Source: Balanoglossus misakiensis
Taxonomy: Eukaryota > Animalia > Hemichordata
DNA length: 64,000 nt
Direction: 5' to 3'
NCBI GenBank assembly: GCA_040954595.2
Contig: CM082591.2
Span: 2,840,159 to 2,904,158, forward strand
The notes under the pieces were generated by a model. It saw nothing but the letters and a program-made list of their open reading frames with translations, was not told where the DNA came from and searched no databases. The position numbers were made by a program, and so were the translations under genes. Below are positions 12,805 to 26,173 of this stretch, piece after piece; within the stretch, counting starts at the first letter, position 1, and each line of letters opens with the position of its first letter.

Positions 12805-15800
12805 CCCCAAGTTGCAATTAACCACAAATTCAGAGCCTCTAAAAATTAAAAGTTGTATGTGATTGTCAATTGCTGATTCCACGGGCACATGCTAGAGTTG
12901 TAGTACAGGTGTATATAGAAGCCATGTTCTGCTCAATCAAGCATATCAGATTGCTAATCTACTTCTATATACGAAGACAAAAATAAATGCATTTAGACTG
13001 ATAAGATGATTGCAGAATGAGTATTTTATTCGCTCGATGATTAGATTAATAATGTTCAGAGAGAGAGCTAGACAGAGAGAGATAGAGAGACACTCAGACA
13101 GACACGCAGACAGAAAGACCGTTTGTGTCACTCACTTTCCTATTTCAACACGTGCCTTTAATTTCTCTGCTGCAGTACTTAAAACTGAAATGCCTGATCA
13201 CACATTCAACACACACAAGTCAGTAAGACGAGTTTGTATCGGCAAATCAGGCAAGTTCCTCGACAGAAATGACTGCGCTTCTCCGGGATTACGCGCGTAT
13301 TCATTATCTATTCAGTCAACGATCCCTGTGAAGACACTTTAATCACGGAACTTCTCTGCAAGGGCGAACGCCAAAACGGTGGGCTTAAACTATGTGTATC
13401 GCTGACTTCCAATTAAAGCCATGGTCTGCAGGTTAATGATCGCTGTTGGGACACATCCTGGCATAGTTAACATAGATAGCCTGTGACAGACTGACAACTT
13501 TGATTAAATTTGCTCTCTCGTTTTGAGGTTTCTTGACAAGAAAATCCTTTTCCACTTGATGCATTCTCTTAGCGATATTAAGTGAAAACTCTCCATAACC
13601 TACATGTTTGTAAAGCTGCCTACAGATCCACTTGCATACAATGTTAGGAGTATGGGTAAAATGATAAACAGACCACTTATTTTCAAAATACACAGCCTTA
13701 CAGAATGCAATCAGACAATATTAGTCGACTGCTTTGGAAAGAGTGGCATTGCCTTATCTTATCTGATATGGTATCTAGGGTTTTCAGTGTTAAAGATAGG
13801 CTAATTTGATAACAAGAACAAGAAAACACGTAACGCTTTGCGTTTGTTACTTTTTCGCCGCAAACACCGTTCTCCCATAACAGCATTCTTTACGCCCGTC
13901 GGTCATTTTCGCTTCTTCCATAATTGATGTAATTTCCTAGCGGATTAGTTTACTCAAGATAGCATCGAGTCGATTACTACTTTGAACCAATCATCGACTG
14001 TTCCGATCAGGTTTCTCTGTGAAACTAGTGATTTCTGATCGAACGCGAATTGACCACCGAAATGCAATCTTTCGAAGGCACGCCAAGCTGACCTTAGGAA
14101 CAAATATGCACATCTTTTACTAATTGTTATATGCTACACTTGTATCGAGGTCACAGCTTTCTGGGGTGGCTTAATCGGTCCATTAAATAAGGCTAGATGT
14201 AAATGTAGCTTCCTTTATAATGTGTATTCAAGCTTGGTACAGACTACAGGTTCTTGATTAGTTTAATTTGTTTTGATAGGTTCTTAACGTAGGCTAATTG
14301 CTTTCTGAGGGATATCTTAGCGTGGAATAGTCTAGGCTGTTTTGCTCTGCTTTCGTGCATGAGAAGGGACGTAGGGAAGTCTTGTGGCCTACCGTATAAC
14401 TTCATTTGCGAAGTAAGAAGCACGCATTTTTAGATTTTGTGGTTGATAAGGCACCAGAAACGGTGAATTTGTGATTCGTTATTTTTACGGGTTGGTGATA
14501 AATGCAATGAAGTCGAAACAGACAGTTATCGCTTGAGTGAAAGATTTTAAAGACATAACACGCTCTAACGTAATTTCCACACACACTTTCATGCTCGGAT
14601 TCGCGCAATATCCTTGATGTCTTCGTTGTAGTAACACAACATAGTATGCATCTGAATAGATCCACACTTTACCCATTAAGGAATTGCTTTAGGAGTCATT
14701 GAGTCAAGGCTTTAGAATGCTAAAATGGTATAGTAGCCAGTGATTTAAAAAATCCTGTGGGGATATTACTTTAGGATATGTGACTGTTTAAATGTTTGAT
14801 GCCTCTCTTTATACTTTAAACCCATTTAATGCTTAAGAGGAGCCATGAGAAACCTAACAATCGATAGGAAACGACTTGTAAGAAGGGAAATGTTTATATG
14901 GAAATTTGCCAAATAGACAAGTAATTGTATGTCACATTTTTTGTTTTACTTTTCATTTGCACCTTTTATTAGGTAGCTGTATAGTATGAAACTCAGTGTA
15001 AATGTCTTAACACAGCTAGGATGCTGAAACGGCCTTAACAATAGCGATCACCCACTGTGTATATGTCGCGACAAAATCTGACAATGGGAACTGTACACGC
15101 CGCACCTTCTGGGATATCACTAAACTCCATTAGTCATTTTGCGATGCGTCTGTCACAGTTCTCAAACAGGCCGAATATTTATCATTTTCCGTGTGTTTCT
15201 TATCGAGATATGCGTTAGATGGGGAACACGCAGATCAGATAGAATGACCATAGTTTATGACCCATTACCTTGACATTTGGTCCAGTCAAAGCGAACGAAT
15301 CGCGCTTTGCTTTGGAGTGTAGGTTTAGTCTGTTTGCTGTATTCTTCGAGTAAATACCACATGAGAAGATTGTGAAAGCTGATGGACGCAGCTTATCGTA
15401 AAAGTGACATGTTTGTTCTGTATGATGAGGTAGGGCATACCGTTGTTGTTTAAATATCATTTCGGCAATCCATCATTACGTCGCGTTCGTTTTTCTCTCT
15501 AGTATCACTGTAACGTCTCTCGTCACTGTCGTCATGTGTGAAATTTCGTGATTAAAGCAAAACTGACAATTAAAGTCTCACCTGTGTCACAGGTGTGACT
15601 TCACTACTTCCGTCAGTCAAAATTAAGTAATCCTTCAAAAATTTCCAGTTAACCAAAGTTCTTAAATATGCAAATTAATTATGCAAGCAACGACTACCAA
15701 AATCCAATCAAGTGTGGATCTTCACCACTTTGCATGCTGCATCAGTTTGATGATTTCAATAGCAAGCTTCTTATATGTTAGCGCTTTTTATTCCGTGGGT

Positions 15801-17053
15801 TTGTATCAAAATAATCTGCGTTGCTTTCACATTCCTCGGTGTACAAAGTAATGGTTAAACAGCTGACGATAACACGGGAGTGATCATTTTGATAGGGAAA
15901 AGGTTAAGACGAGACTTTTCTTATATTGTTACGCGATTCATGCAAAATTGACCATTATTGGTCTCCCTAATGGCACATTTGCCATTACTTCTAATCGCCA
16001 AAATGCCAAATAGTTCGGTTCTACCACTCTGTGACATCTACTTGATTTTCCCTGATTGAAACGATTTATTTAGCTAATATCACTTTGGTCCCAGGTACAA
16101 CTGACTGGTGTGTACGCCCACTTATGTTGTAATGCCCTGTCATTTTGCCTGTGTTCCGGATTTGTGTTGGAGATATCGAATCGTTATTTTTATTCCAACT
16201 GATAGTGTCCAACGTCACTCCTGACTCTTGTCATCTTGCAAAACTTCTCAATGTTTGCAATGTTAGGGTGTCTTCAATTACTATGCATCTTCTAAGTAAA
16301 GGTCACCTATGCATTAGCCTTTCCTAGCTATGACTTTCTAAGGAATGACCGCCTACAAAGATCTTGTTGGAAAAGGTTAACAGCCAAATCCTTATGACCG
16401 ATGGAAAGACATGCGACCACTGCTATTTGCTAGTTTTTAGCCGTAAACCAACACAGGAAGACATGATGGACAGACAATAATGACGTAATGATACACTTTC
16501 CTTTGTCTCTTGTACTGAATGTATAACAGTATATATCCTTTGAGACCGACCCATCAAATATAATTTTTCGTATGTACTTCCGTCCGTTTACATGGTAATT
16601 GCCGGCAAGATAAAATGGTAGTTTTTACTGGTGATATACTAATGGTATTAATAGTGCCTTGTTAAGGCATGTTACAATGAAAATGCCCAGCTGCTTCAAG
16701 TTCCCTTTAATAGTCATAAGCAAATCTTGATCATTGAACATCTGGGCACGCTGTTTTAGATAAAGCGCGTTGGTTATTCCTTTCTTCATCAAAACTGTCA
16801 GCTCAGCAGGTTTGAACTGAAGTCACAGACTTTGGTGTAACTTGGTTTCTTGCTACACTTTCTGTATACGCTATTAAGAATAAGCTAGTGCGGTCCGGGT
16901 TTTTGTGGTGAATGAAAGAAATAATCACTGTCCACGAGTTGTTTATGATGTAATTTTACCATGATATGACGCGTAAAATGTTACATCGTTCAGTTTGGGG
17001 CTACTTTCTCTACAAACACAGATAATAGAAATATAATTTTTAAACACACTTAC

Positions 17054-17315
17054 CGAAAAGTATGAGGTATAAAATATATGGCTTCCAAAAAGTAGCTCCC
17101 GTCTCTCGTAACTTCGTTCGTTCCAACTCTTCAGTATCAGCACGCCTCAACACCAGACTCCGCGTGGTCTTTTATAGCCGGGGTGTTGTGTGATCACGTG
17201 ACGTGGTCGTCGGTCCCGCCCCCGTACTCGTAGAGAACTAAATCTCATTTGAGCTCAATTGACGCAGGAGTTAACCTCACATTCGATACGCTACACAGTC
17301 CCTTCTGTGACGTCA
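17054..17315 (-). promoter_or_regulatory. putative promoter and non-coding exon 1 of the galanin/spexin-like gene
   Basis: On the minus strand: full CRE TGACGTCA at 17308-17315, GC box at 17215-17222, overlapping CRE-like site and E-box (ACGTCACGTG) at 17195-17204, TATAAAA at 17170-17176, then an exon of about 90 nt ending in ttcg|gtaagt at 17054. Linkage to the 12739 acceptor is inferred. Confidence 0.6.
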
Positions 17316-17616
17316 ATCAAACAATGCTACACAGTTATTCTAATGAGGAAAGAGCAAAGTTAAACAAAGTCAGTTAACATTTGAGTATTCTCAAGATATA
17401 GCCAGAAAATATCACAAGATGTTATGTTCCATGTGAATTTACATATGGATTTATAGTTTCATGGACGACTGATGGATGGATTGATGGATTAACTGTTTAA
17501 TCAGTCTTAATGTACTTATTTTCTGTCTTTTATATTTAGTGCGGCGTTATTCTTAACTTTGATGTGGAGGAACAAGGTCGTTTGTTCAATTAGATTTTTG
17601 CATTCTACAGCTCAGC

Positions 17617-17980
17617 GGTAGTATGTGCCTCTCAGACAGATTTTCAAAAAGGATATAATCCTCGAGACTTTACAAAAGAAAAGTGTGTGAGGACTTTCGT
17701 GGAAAAGGAAAAAAAAACAAGGTGATTACCATCTTGTTTTCAAAAAATACAGTGCAATGTACTTTAAATTTTCTCCAAAGAATTATCACGGAGATGGTGG
17801 CCATGTTGGATGTCTTTTTGATAAATGTGGTACAATATGATAGAATTGAGTTGTATCATTCAAAATTTTTTCACAGTGACCCCTAACTTGTGTTCCTAAT
17901 GGTAAGAGAAAATAATCCAATGATGCCTTGAGCAAAATATTAGGAACATTTTAATACTGATTTTAGAGGCACTCTCTACC
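17617..17980. mobile_element. MITE-like non-autonomous DNA transposon
   Basis: Imperfect terminal inverted repeats ggtagtatgtgcctct ... agaggcactctctacc flank about 330 bp of non-coding AT-rich DNA. Confidence 0.5.
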
Positions 17981-20900
17981 ATATATTGGCCATGACTTTG
18001 ACGAGCATGCTAGTGTTGCCAAGTGATAAATGATCATAGACTGTCCTGTGGCTCACAATATTTCTGAATTTCCTAAAACATACTTTTTCGATTACATTTT
18101 TTTTGTAAACTGTTGTAAAACTATCCCATTCTGTTCACCTATCTATTATATAAGCTGAGAAAAACATACACCGTCAAAAATATACCCCTGCAAATTTAGC
18201 CACTATGTAATAAGTTCCATCTAGATTGAAATCTGGATAGAACCTTAGTTTGTGCAGCCCAACTAAATCATGTATTTGTTTCTCATGCTAAACCGATATC
18301 ACCGACGTCATCTCATGTACGTTGCACATGCAAAATTGTTTCTAAAATGGAAAGGGAAACGTGATAAGTCTTTTTGCCTGGGGTGGCGTTTGTTAATTTT
18401 ATCACTAATGACAGCGGAAGCCAAAGTTAATTGTATTTTCACCTGCCTAGTGGATAGGATTGCAGTGGCATCATATCATTTGCATAATTGGGGCAAGACC
18501 TTCTGCTGTTCTCTTGACTGCCGTGTGACTTAAATGTCTTATGAGCTGTTGCAATAATCTCCCATCTATTTTTTCTTTGTATGTATCACCCTGTTATACT
18601 TCCATTTGTAGCATCATCATATTCAAAGAAACGAAATGGCAGGTATGGATGATGTTACATTAAAACTATTCTATTTTCCTGCCAATCTGTGGGTTAATAT
18701 CCGTTGAGAATGATTCATAAGAGGAAACAATTTTACAGAATTAGATGGATATATTTGCTTAGCCATTAGTTCTCACGCACATGTCTTGTAATGTAGTCAG
18801 CACTTTTCTGAAGACTGTTTTGTTGCTTTGCATATGAATTCTCATGTGCTCTATAAGTTTGGGTTTAGCTGTTTCAAAAAACAGGAAACGCCCGTTCAGA
18901 TATGTCTGGTCTTGCACATCCAAACAGCCGTATTCAATCCTACTCTTGAATAATAAACCAACCCGTTCCTAAAATTACCCCATTGTAGAACTTCCTGGTC
19001 TAAAATGGGTGTTGCACATATAATTGAACCGACTTTACAAATTTTGGGTATGCATCGAATGTGGACATTATCTGTACACTGGTGTAGTTCAGTTTGACTT
19101 TGAGAGAATCAAGGATTAAATTCTCCATTTCCTGTCAAAAACGGCACTATGTGTCTGACTTTCTGGAATACAATACTTAACTCGGTCAACATGACAGTGT
19201 TTCCCCTTGTCAGTGATCGACTGCCTAGCAAATTCCACCTGGTCGAATGGATTTTATGTGACAGCACTGATACTAAACTGTTGTCTCACCTGCACGTATA
19301 TCAGCAAATGTGAAAGACTTTTGACAGCTTAAGATACTATGGACATTATGGCACCATTGTTTCCTGATGTTTCCGATGGAGCAGGAAGACCCTGCTCACC
19401 TGCCTCCGTGAAATTGAACAATCCAAAATGTTTGTTCTCTTTTTAATGGCATAATTTTTTCAGTTAATTTGATATGATGGTGTAACTTGTTCTGATAATT
19501 ACTGGTAGGAAACATGACGTATTGTAAAAACTTTCTGTTCGAGCCATACTACCTTGCTTCATTCAGGTCAAACCTGTTACATATTATCTGTAAAAAATAA
19601 CACTCTTTCAGTGAACTTGCGGTGTATACCCTATCTTTTGTCATGAAGATGAGATGATATGACTTGAACTCGCTTTTGTTGCGCTATCTACCTCTCTCCG
19701 TTTTGTTATTTTGCTGTGACATTCTCTGAGTGCTATGACATACAGATTAATGCAGCTTGATAAGGCCATTCTGTCTTTAGCCATATGTGATTGCTACATG
19801 TATATTGGGTAGATGGGTTTGTCAAATGTCATGTGTATAGTGTATGTACTTCTACCTTGAAGAAGGCATTTGCATTTCAAAGTTGCAATTTGCATTACAA
19901 AGGGCTGCCGATATTGTGTTATAGAAAATCAGAATTAAATACACTAAATTATTCTTAAGCACAGAAGGTGTGAACGCTATTATGGTCCACTCGAGTTTGA
20001 CGTTTAATAGATGGAGACTTAAGTTTTCCTGGGAAACCTCTTCTTGGCAATACTTCAACGGGGATTGCTGCTTGTAATGACCACTCATCGCAATCCGTTC
20101 AGGAATCAACGCGTGAATTTCCGTCTATAAGGAGAAAGAGGAGAAGGCGTTCTAGGAAAAGATGAACTCGTTCCGCGCATTGAAGCTGTCGTGACGTTAA
20201 ATCGTGCGCGTCATGCTCTGCGACAATTACCGGCGCATTGTTCATGAATGAAGCAACATTTTTCCCGTTCAGATTGACTTGAACCTGTGGACACCATGTC
20301 GCAGTAGCGGTGGATTGATAACGAAATCTAAAATCAAGAAGTGGGCCACTTGATTGATAATGCCCGATTACAGCTTTACGGCACGCGTGTCATTTTTTAA
20401 ACCTCCCGGCGACGGGCAAGCCCTCGTAATCTTCGGCTCGAACAAGAATCGTGAGCATGGCTAATCAGAAAATGCAATTACCATGCAAAGTGTGAAGCAT
20501 TTGACGTTAAATGACCCACCCTCTGATCTTTATCTGATACCACAGTCCATTACACAGATCAAATTGATACCACGAGCGCAAAGCCCGGGAAACTTTCATG
20601 AGGGATGGGGGAATATGTGTTAGAAGTTTACCGGACAGATACTCGCGGGATATCCCTCTTAGGAAAGGTGGAGTGGGTGTGACTGCGTGATGTTGTACTT
20701 GGAGTCCAGCTCCAGATTGTGACAACGTGCATTTCTATGACATGCAGACAAGCACACGCAGTCCTTATAAGGTGTAACAACCAATATTCAGTTCTTTACG
20801 TTTACCTACACTGTCATATTGAGAACTCGGGGCTTAAACAGAAAGTAGCAGATGAATAGATAAAGTAATGAGTGATACTTCGGCAAAGGAAATTCTTTAC

Positions 20901-22130
20901 GCGAGAGATTACAAACAGTGAATACTCTAGTTTGATATATCAGATGGGCACAAGGGAGACATGTTGAAGTTCCACACAGCTTATCAAAACCATTGAATTA
21001 AAGATGTGTGTATTTACAAGGTACTTGATAGTATAAGTCCAATCTTCAGTAAAATGAATGGTGAAGTGTTGTATCGGCATCATGGGTCTTGCGGATGACA
21101 AGTGTAATGCGAAAGTTGATTATTTCAAAGTCTCTGCTCGTGCATCGAGGTTAAACGCCCTCCTGGGAACCACGTTGTCGCTTCACTGAAGTTCTCAGAG
21201 CGTCAGTCACGTCACTGAAGCTACGTGGGAATATGCACACTTTCCTCTGGCTTAGGGATTCTCGAACTATCGATTCTACCAATAGGGTGACGTCATGAGA
21301 TTAATGGGGATTCCACGAGATTGTGCGAGATTTGATGAAGCAAATTCGTTGTATAATTATTGTATCTGTGTTGATCGTTCATTGTTTATTCGATCGCACA
21401 CTTGAAGTCCTTTAGTTGTCTTGGGACTTTTTTGAAATGTCTGTCCACAGGCCTGAATGATTCTTTACGTGACATAGATTATAATAACATCTCTGTATGA
21501 TTCAACTTTAAAGTTTAGCCATTTTTCATCTATACATTTCACTTCAAAAATTTGTGGACGTTGAGGTACTATAATACATCTCAGGCAGGCGGAAACAAGG
21601 CGTATGATTGCCTATGTATAATATAATACATTTGCAAGGGCTGTGATGCCTCTTCACTCAATTATATAACATCATATCGCCAACACAGTGAGATCTGTTA
21701 AATCTCTGTTCGTGACATCTGTACTGAGTCAGCACAGAAATTTAAAATAATTATGTACGTAGGGTATCTTTAGTATTTTCAACTTCAGTCATCCAGCTAA
21801 AAGAGATTTGTTTGTAGGTCATGTTTGGCCTAACATTAGTCTAAAGGATCAAGTGTGTGTTAATTTTAAAGCTACACATTGTGATATACCATAAACCTAC
21901 ATCACAGTTCTGCTATCAGAGCCAGGCAGCATTTAAAAATCCGACATGATCATGACATCATGCGGGGGCTGAGATTGCCAGCCCACAGCGGGCTCGCAAA
22001 TTTTCAAACGCTTACTGAATTTGGAGTGAGGGCGTGCTTTAGGGCTCATACAAAGACATAACTCATCAATTAATTTACACCAATAAAAAGCGAACAGTCA
22101 GCCAGTGATAGGTTACTTTAATGTTATTTA

Positions 22131-22273
22131 AGCAATAAAACACCCCCAGCCATGGTATACCACGAGATTTTGACCAGTTCACGACATATACGCACGACCG
22201 ATAGCGAGTGCGTATATGGAGTTGAACTGGTCAAAATCTCGTGGTATACCATGGCTGGGGGTGTTTTATTGCT
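22131..22273. mobile_element. palindromic (foldback) element with perfect 51-bp arms
   Basis: 22131-22181 is the exact reverse complement of 22223-22273, with extra inner pairing catatacgcac/gtgcgtatatg. Probably part of a non-autonomous element extending to about 22445. Confidence 0.75.
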
Positions 22274-22882
22274 ATTATATTATGCCAGTATATTGAAACT
22301 TTGCATAAAACATTTTAAAAAGGCATTTTCTTTGACTATGATATATGACTGTGGTATATGGCTAATATATCACGGTCACGTGTCGTGTCTCGACCAATCA
22401 AATAACGTGATTTACACCATCAATATACAGGTATAATATAATAATTATTTCTGTATCATTCATTCAAAAGCAAATACATGTTTTACATAATTATATAATG
22501 TCTATATATACATGTATGATTGATATCAACGTCTATTAATATTTCAAGGGCAAATATCAGTATAGGAATTTTCATATACATTGAGAACGTTCAACCTAAA
22601 TATCTTTATATATTCATAGTTCTGTATGTTTTTACATCTTTGTTTTTGTTGCATTGTTATTTTTCAAGGGCAGTGTGAAAAAGTACAATTATCATTGAGT
22701 CATTCGTCCTTTCATATAAAACCGTAGAAAATGAAGAATAAAATAATACATGTAGTATATCGTTTGCAAGAAACAATTCGGCATTATAGTAAGTTGAGAG
22801 AGGAACTGCCATCTGCGGTGATCGCCAGGTTTCCTTCGTTTTGTCTATTGGAAAGAGAAAGAAAACAGGGCGTGAATGTCAA

Positions 22883-22900
22883 TATGTATGTATGTATGTA

Positions 22901-22950
<50 letters not shown>

Positions 22951-23061
22951 TGGCTGTCAGTCTGTCTGTATGTATGTACATGTATGTATGTATGTATGTA
23001 TGTATGTATGTATGTATGTATGTATGTATGTATGTATGTATGTGTGTGTGTGTGTGTGTGT
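22883..23061. repeat. compound (TATG)n/(TG)n microsatellite
   Basis: Alternating TATG and TG runs in the 3' intron of peptide gene B. Confidence 0.97.
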
Positions 23062-23121
23062 TAGCATCTATGTATATTTGTTGTAACATTGGAGAGTTAA
23101 ATTACATTCCTGTGTACCTCG

Positions 23122-24872
23122 CTATCGTTGGATCTTTGTCATTTTCCTCTGGCTACCCATCAATCGACGGAGAAACTTGTAGTCTTCTTTGGCGTCTCGG
23201 CTGCCCTCTCGCGCAAGCTTTGCCCTTGACTCAAACAGCCTGTCATTTGCTATTCCGTCATCCCTCCTGATGGCAAAAAATAAGAAAGGTTCTTTAATCG
23301 TTGCATTTGGTGTGATACAGCCTTTTCAAGCCCAGCGCCCTCATGCAGACATTATAAACTTGAAAACACAGCTTTCCCCAAAACAAAGCAAAAGACCCTA
23401 ATCACCAGTGATGGCACTCTCGGGCGATATCATTGGTCGTGCGGCTATAGTACGGTCGGTAATTTAAGTAGGAATTTATTTCGTACCTGGTTGAATTTGT
23501 CAACAAACACCACTAACAGCCAAACAAGGCGCTTAATTTGTTTGTACATCCTCCCGTGTTTATAATCTAACAGAGCTGTACAGTTCAAGTACGAACATCC
23601 GTTACACCGATACACGTCAACAAACTTTACTAATAATCAAAGCTAGAGTGTTAAGGCAAAACAAACAACCCAAGTACGTCATGTTGATTTGGTTTTCTGG
23701 CAAATTGACGCATTCCGCATACTTTGCACGGAAAGTCACATGTTTAGTAGGGGACTACCCAGATGCACTGCGTGGTTGTCACATTCCATAGCCTCAGTGT
23801 AGACTTTTGAGAAACACCGATAATACATGAAGCATACCACATGACTAGGATGGCGCACTATAACAGGCCTACCTTGTAATGAAGGTCTTCATGAGTCGTT
23901 TAGCAATACCAATGCCACCTCCAACACAGTGTGCCTTGTTTTGAGCTGATGTCCAACTACCACTGCAAAGGTTAAAATGTCAAGGTTATTTCGGAGATTT
24001 GCCAATTTCCATATTCCTTTTCATGCATTTTGGCGAAAGGAGTGTTTGAATGCAGAAATGGATAAATCTGACTTTGGGCATATCTCATTCTTTTTTTGCA
24101 TTCCGATCTCTAGACATCGACTCTGGAGTCACATTCCACACATTCTATGTCCGTCTCCACGTTGTTGACCTTGACTATGAGATATCTGTATCTTTTTCAC
24201 CTGATGAACACCACCGCGATTAGATTAGATTACATTAGATTAGATTAAATTAAATTGATTGCTTGCACTCAACAGGTGGTTCTTCTCTGTAGAAACCTAT
24301 TATAAATATTCCACGTCATTCTCGTATCACATGATCGAAATGACAAAATTGACGATTTCGGAGTTTTGAAAGAAAGGGCATCGGCACCTTACAGACTAGC
24401 TTCGAAAGGTTAGTACAAGTCGCTGAACTTAAGTAAAATATGGCGACTAAAACTATCAATGATATCAATGTACCTAGCCGAGACAGTAAAAATGCCTTGG
24501 TGGTTTTTTCCACCAATCAACGAACGATTAGCGGTCAGCTGGTATTTAGTGGTGACAGCAGATCATCATCAACCTTTTACTGTCATAAATATTTGCCTTA
24601 TCAACGAATATAAGTACGCAACTTTGATGAGGGTGAAATGTCCGAATTATGATGTGGTGATTCTGCACGTCTGCACAAGGATAATCAATGTAGCTCTTTT
24701 ATTTAAATGCCCAGAGAAGACAAAGTTTGGCAAGTAGAAAATTTCATGAAATTTTGAGGTGCGAGAAAGATTAAGCGACACAATTGGACCGTACTTACCA
24801 CGTCTGTGCCTGCACATATTGCAGTGAAATCGCCAGAAATGTAACTAAAAGTACCGCGAGTTTAAAAGACAT
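23122..24872 (-). CDS. cyclic neuropeptide precursor B, excitatory peptide (GGNG)/CCHamide/endothelin-like (102 aa)
   Basis: Exons 24872-24799, 23962-23873 and 23266-23122 (GT-AG, phases 2,2) splice to MSFKLAVLLVTFLAISLQYVQA-QTCGSWTSAQNKAHCVGGGIGIA-KR-LMKTFIT-RR-DDGIANDRLFESRAKLAREGSRDAKEDYKFLRRLMGSQRKMTKIQR*. The signal peptide is followed directly by a Gln-initiated two-Cys peptide and KR. Paralogous to gene C. The family assignment is inference. Confidence 0.85.
24219..24255. repeat. short (ATTAG)n pentanucleotide repeat
   Basis: attagattagattacattagattagattaaattaaat. Confidence 0.8.
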
Positions 24873-25917
24873 GGTTGTTCGGTAGGCTATCAGGCGGAGA
24901 GAGGGAAGGACGGTGAGAAATAGAGAGGAGGGGGAGACAGAGAAAGGGAGAGAGTTAATGAAAAGAAAATCATGAGTTGTTGCAAGTAACGAAAGCACAC
25001 AATTCGTCGGAACATTTTCAAGTACCTGACAACTGCAGATCTACAATGTATTGCTCGTTTTGGGTTTGAGTACAGTGCTTACGACACTCCCTGTTTTGCC
25101 TTCAACGACTTGACTGAAACAAACAACTTTGTATTATTCCTTTTTATGTGCAATAAAAGTTTTTTGTCCGCTATTTATTTCAGTCAATTTAGCTTTGCTT
25201 ATATTCGATTTCTTTGGTTTCGTTTTGCTCTTATATGTAGGCAGCGTTAAATCCAAGTGTTCGTTGCTGCCATGCACAGCCTAAATTCATAGAAAAAAAA
25301 TGGAAGTGCATTTATCGTTGTAGAGACTGCATGTGAAATGTTTTCAAAGGACATTCATTCATCAATGAGCCTATTATCGAAAATACCAGAAATCTTGTTG
25401 GTAATGAAAGAAAGACCTAGAGATGAAATGTTTTGTACTTTTGTGGCTTTTCGCATCGTCCCCGAGTTATATCATAGGGTTTCATGTTGAACAGGCACAT
25501 GCGCACTGAACTGTGTTGGGAATCTAGAGGAACAATCGAACATTCTCAAGTTGTTGTTTTTTAAAGAAAAAGGTCCCTCGTTACAAAATTTCAGGTGTGC
25601 TATAACTTGAAATTTTCGGTGACAGAATCAAAATGTTTTAATTTTTCTTTTGTCAAGCAAAGGTATGAATTTCTAGTTCAATTCATACACAAATGTCTCA
25701 AAGTCACCATGAAATGAGAAAAATATCATTTCGAAAGAAAATTGTGCGAATAAGGTTTATATGTTAGGTATTTCTTTAAGGAAACTATAATATTCACCCA
25801 TATTCTTAGTTTGGCTAATAAGTCGATATCGCATATACTTGCATAGGTGAAAAGACAAATACAATTCAATGCAGCACAGTTAACTAAGCCCACCAAACAA
25901 AAATTCGTTAAATTTAC

Positions 25918-26173
25918 CTTTGTTTTTCCTTTGAAGTTGTTGTTAAAGACAGCTGAAAAGTGCTTGACTTTGCTTGAACTTGCTTGCAATGGAGAAAAAG
26001 TTGAATTGGTGCACGTGTTCAGAAGGAAAAGCGATTCTACACAAATAGTGAGATTGACTCGTCAACTTTGCACGCAATTTAAAGTTCAGTCTTGTCGACG
26101 TACAACTCAGGTAATCGATACCATGAACACTCAGAGCGCAAGGATGACTCCCAGTTCGCGGTGCGCCTTATAA
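25918..26173 (-). promoter_or_regulatory. putative TATA promoter and non-coding exon 1 of peptide gene B
   Basis: Minus-strand TTTATAAG at about 26166-26173 and donor aag|gtaaat at 25918; the acceptor of the first coding exon is at 24887-24888. Confidence 0.45.

Noticed and set aside
19852-20150. Strong minus-strand splice acceptor at about 20126 with an 85-aa ORF, a possible fourth peptide gene
   Set aside because: No signal-peptide exon or compatible upstream coding exon found between 20.1 and 22.7 kb; may be a UTR or non-coding exon.
23873-23962. Similarity of gene B peptide to sea-urchin sperm-activating peptides (resact ...CVGGGRL-NH2; speract ...GGGVG)
   Set aside because: The match is limited to a low-complexity CVGGG stretch and is weaker in paralog C. 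The C-x-G-x-W-A pattern and the position after the signal peptide fit the EP/CCHamide family better. Ovary-specific expression would reopen this idea.
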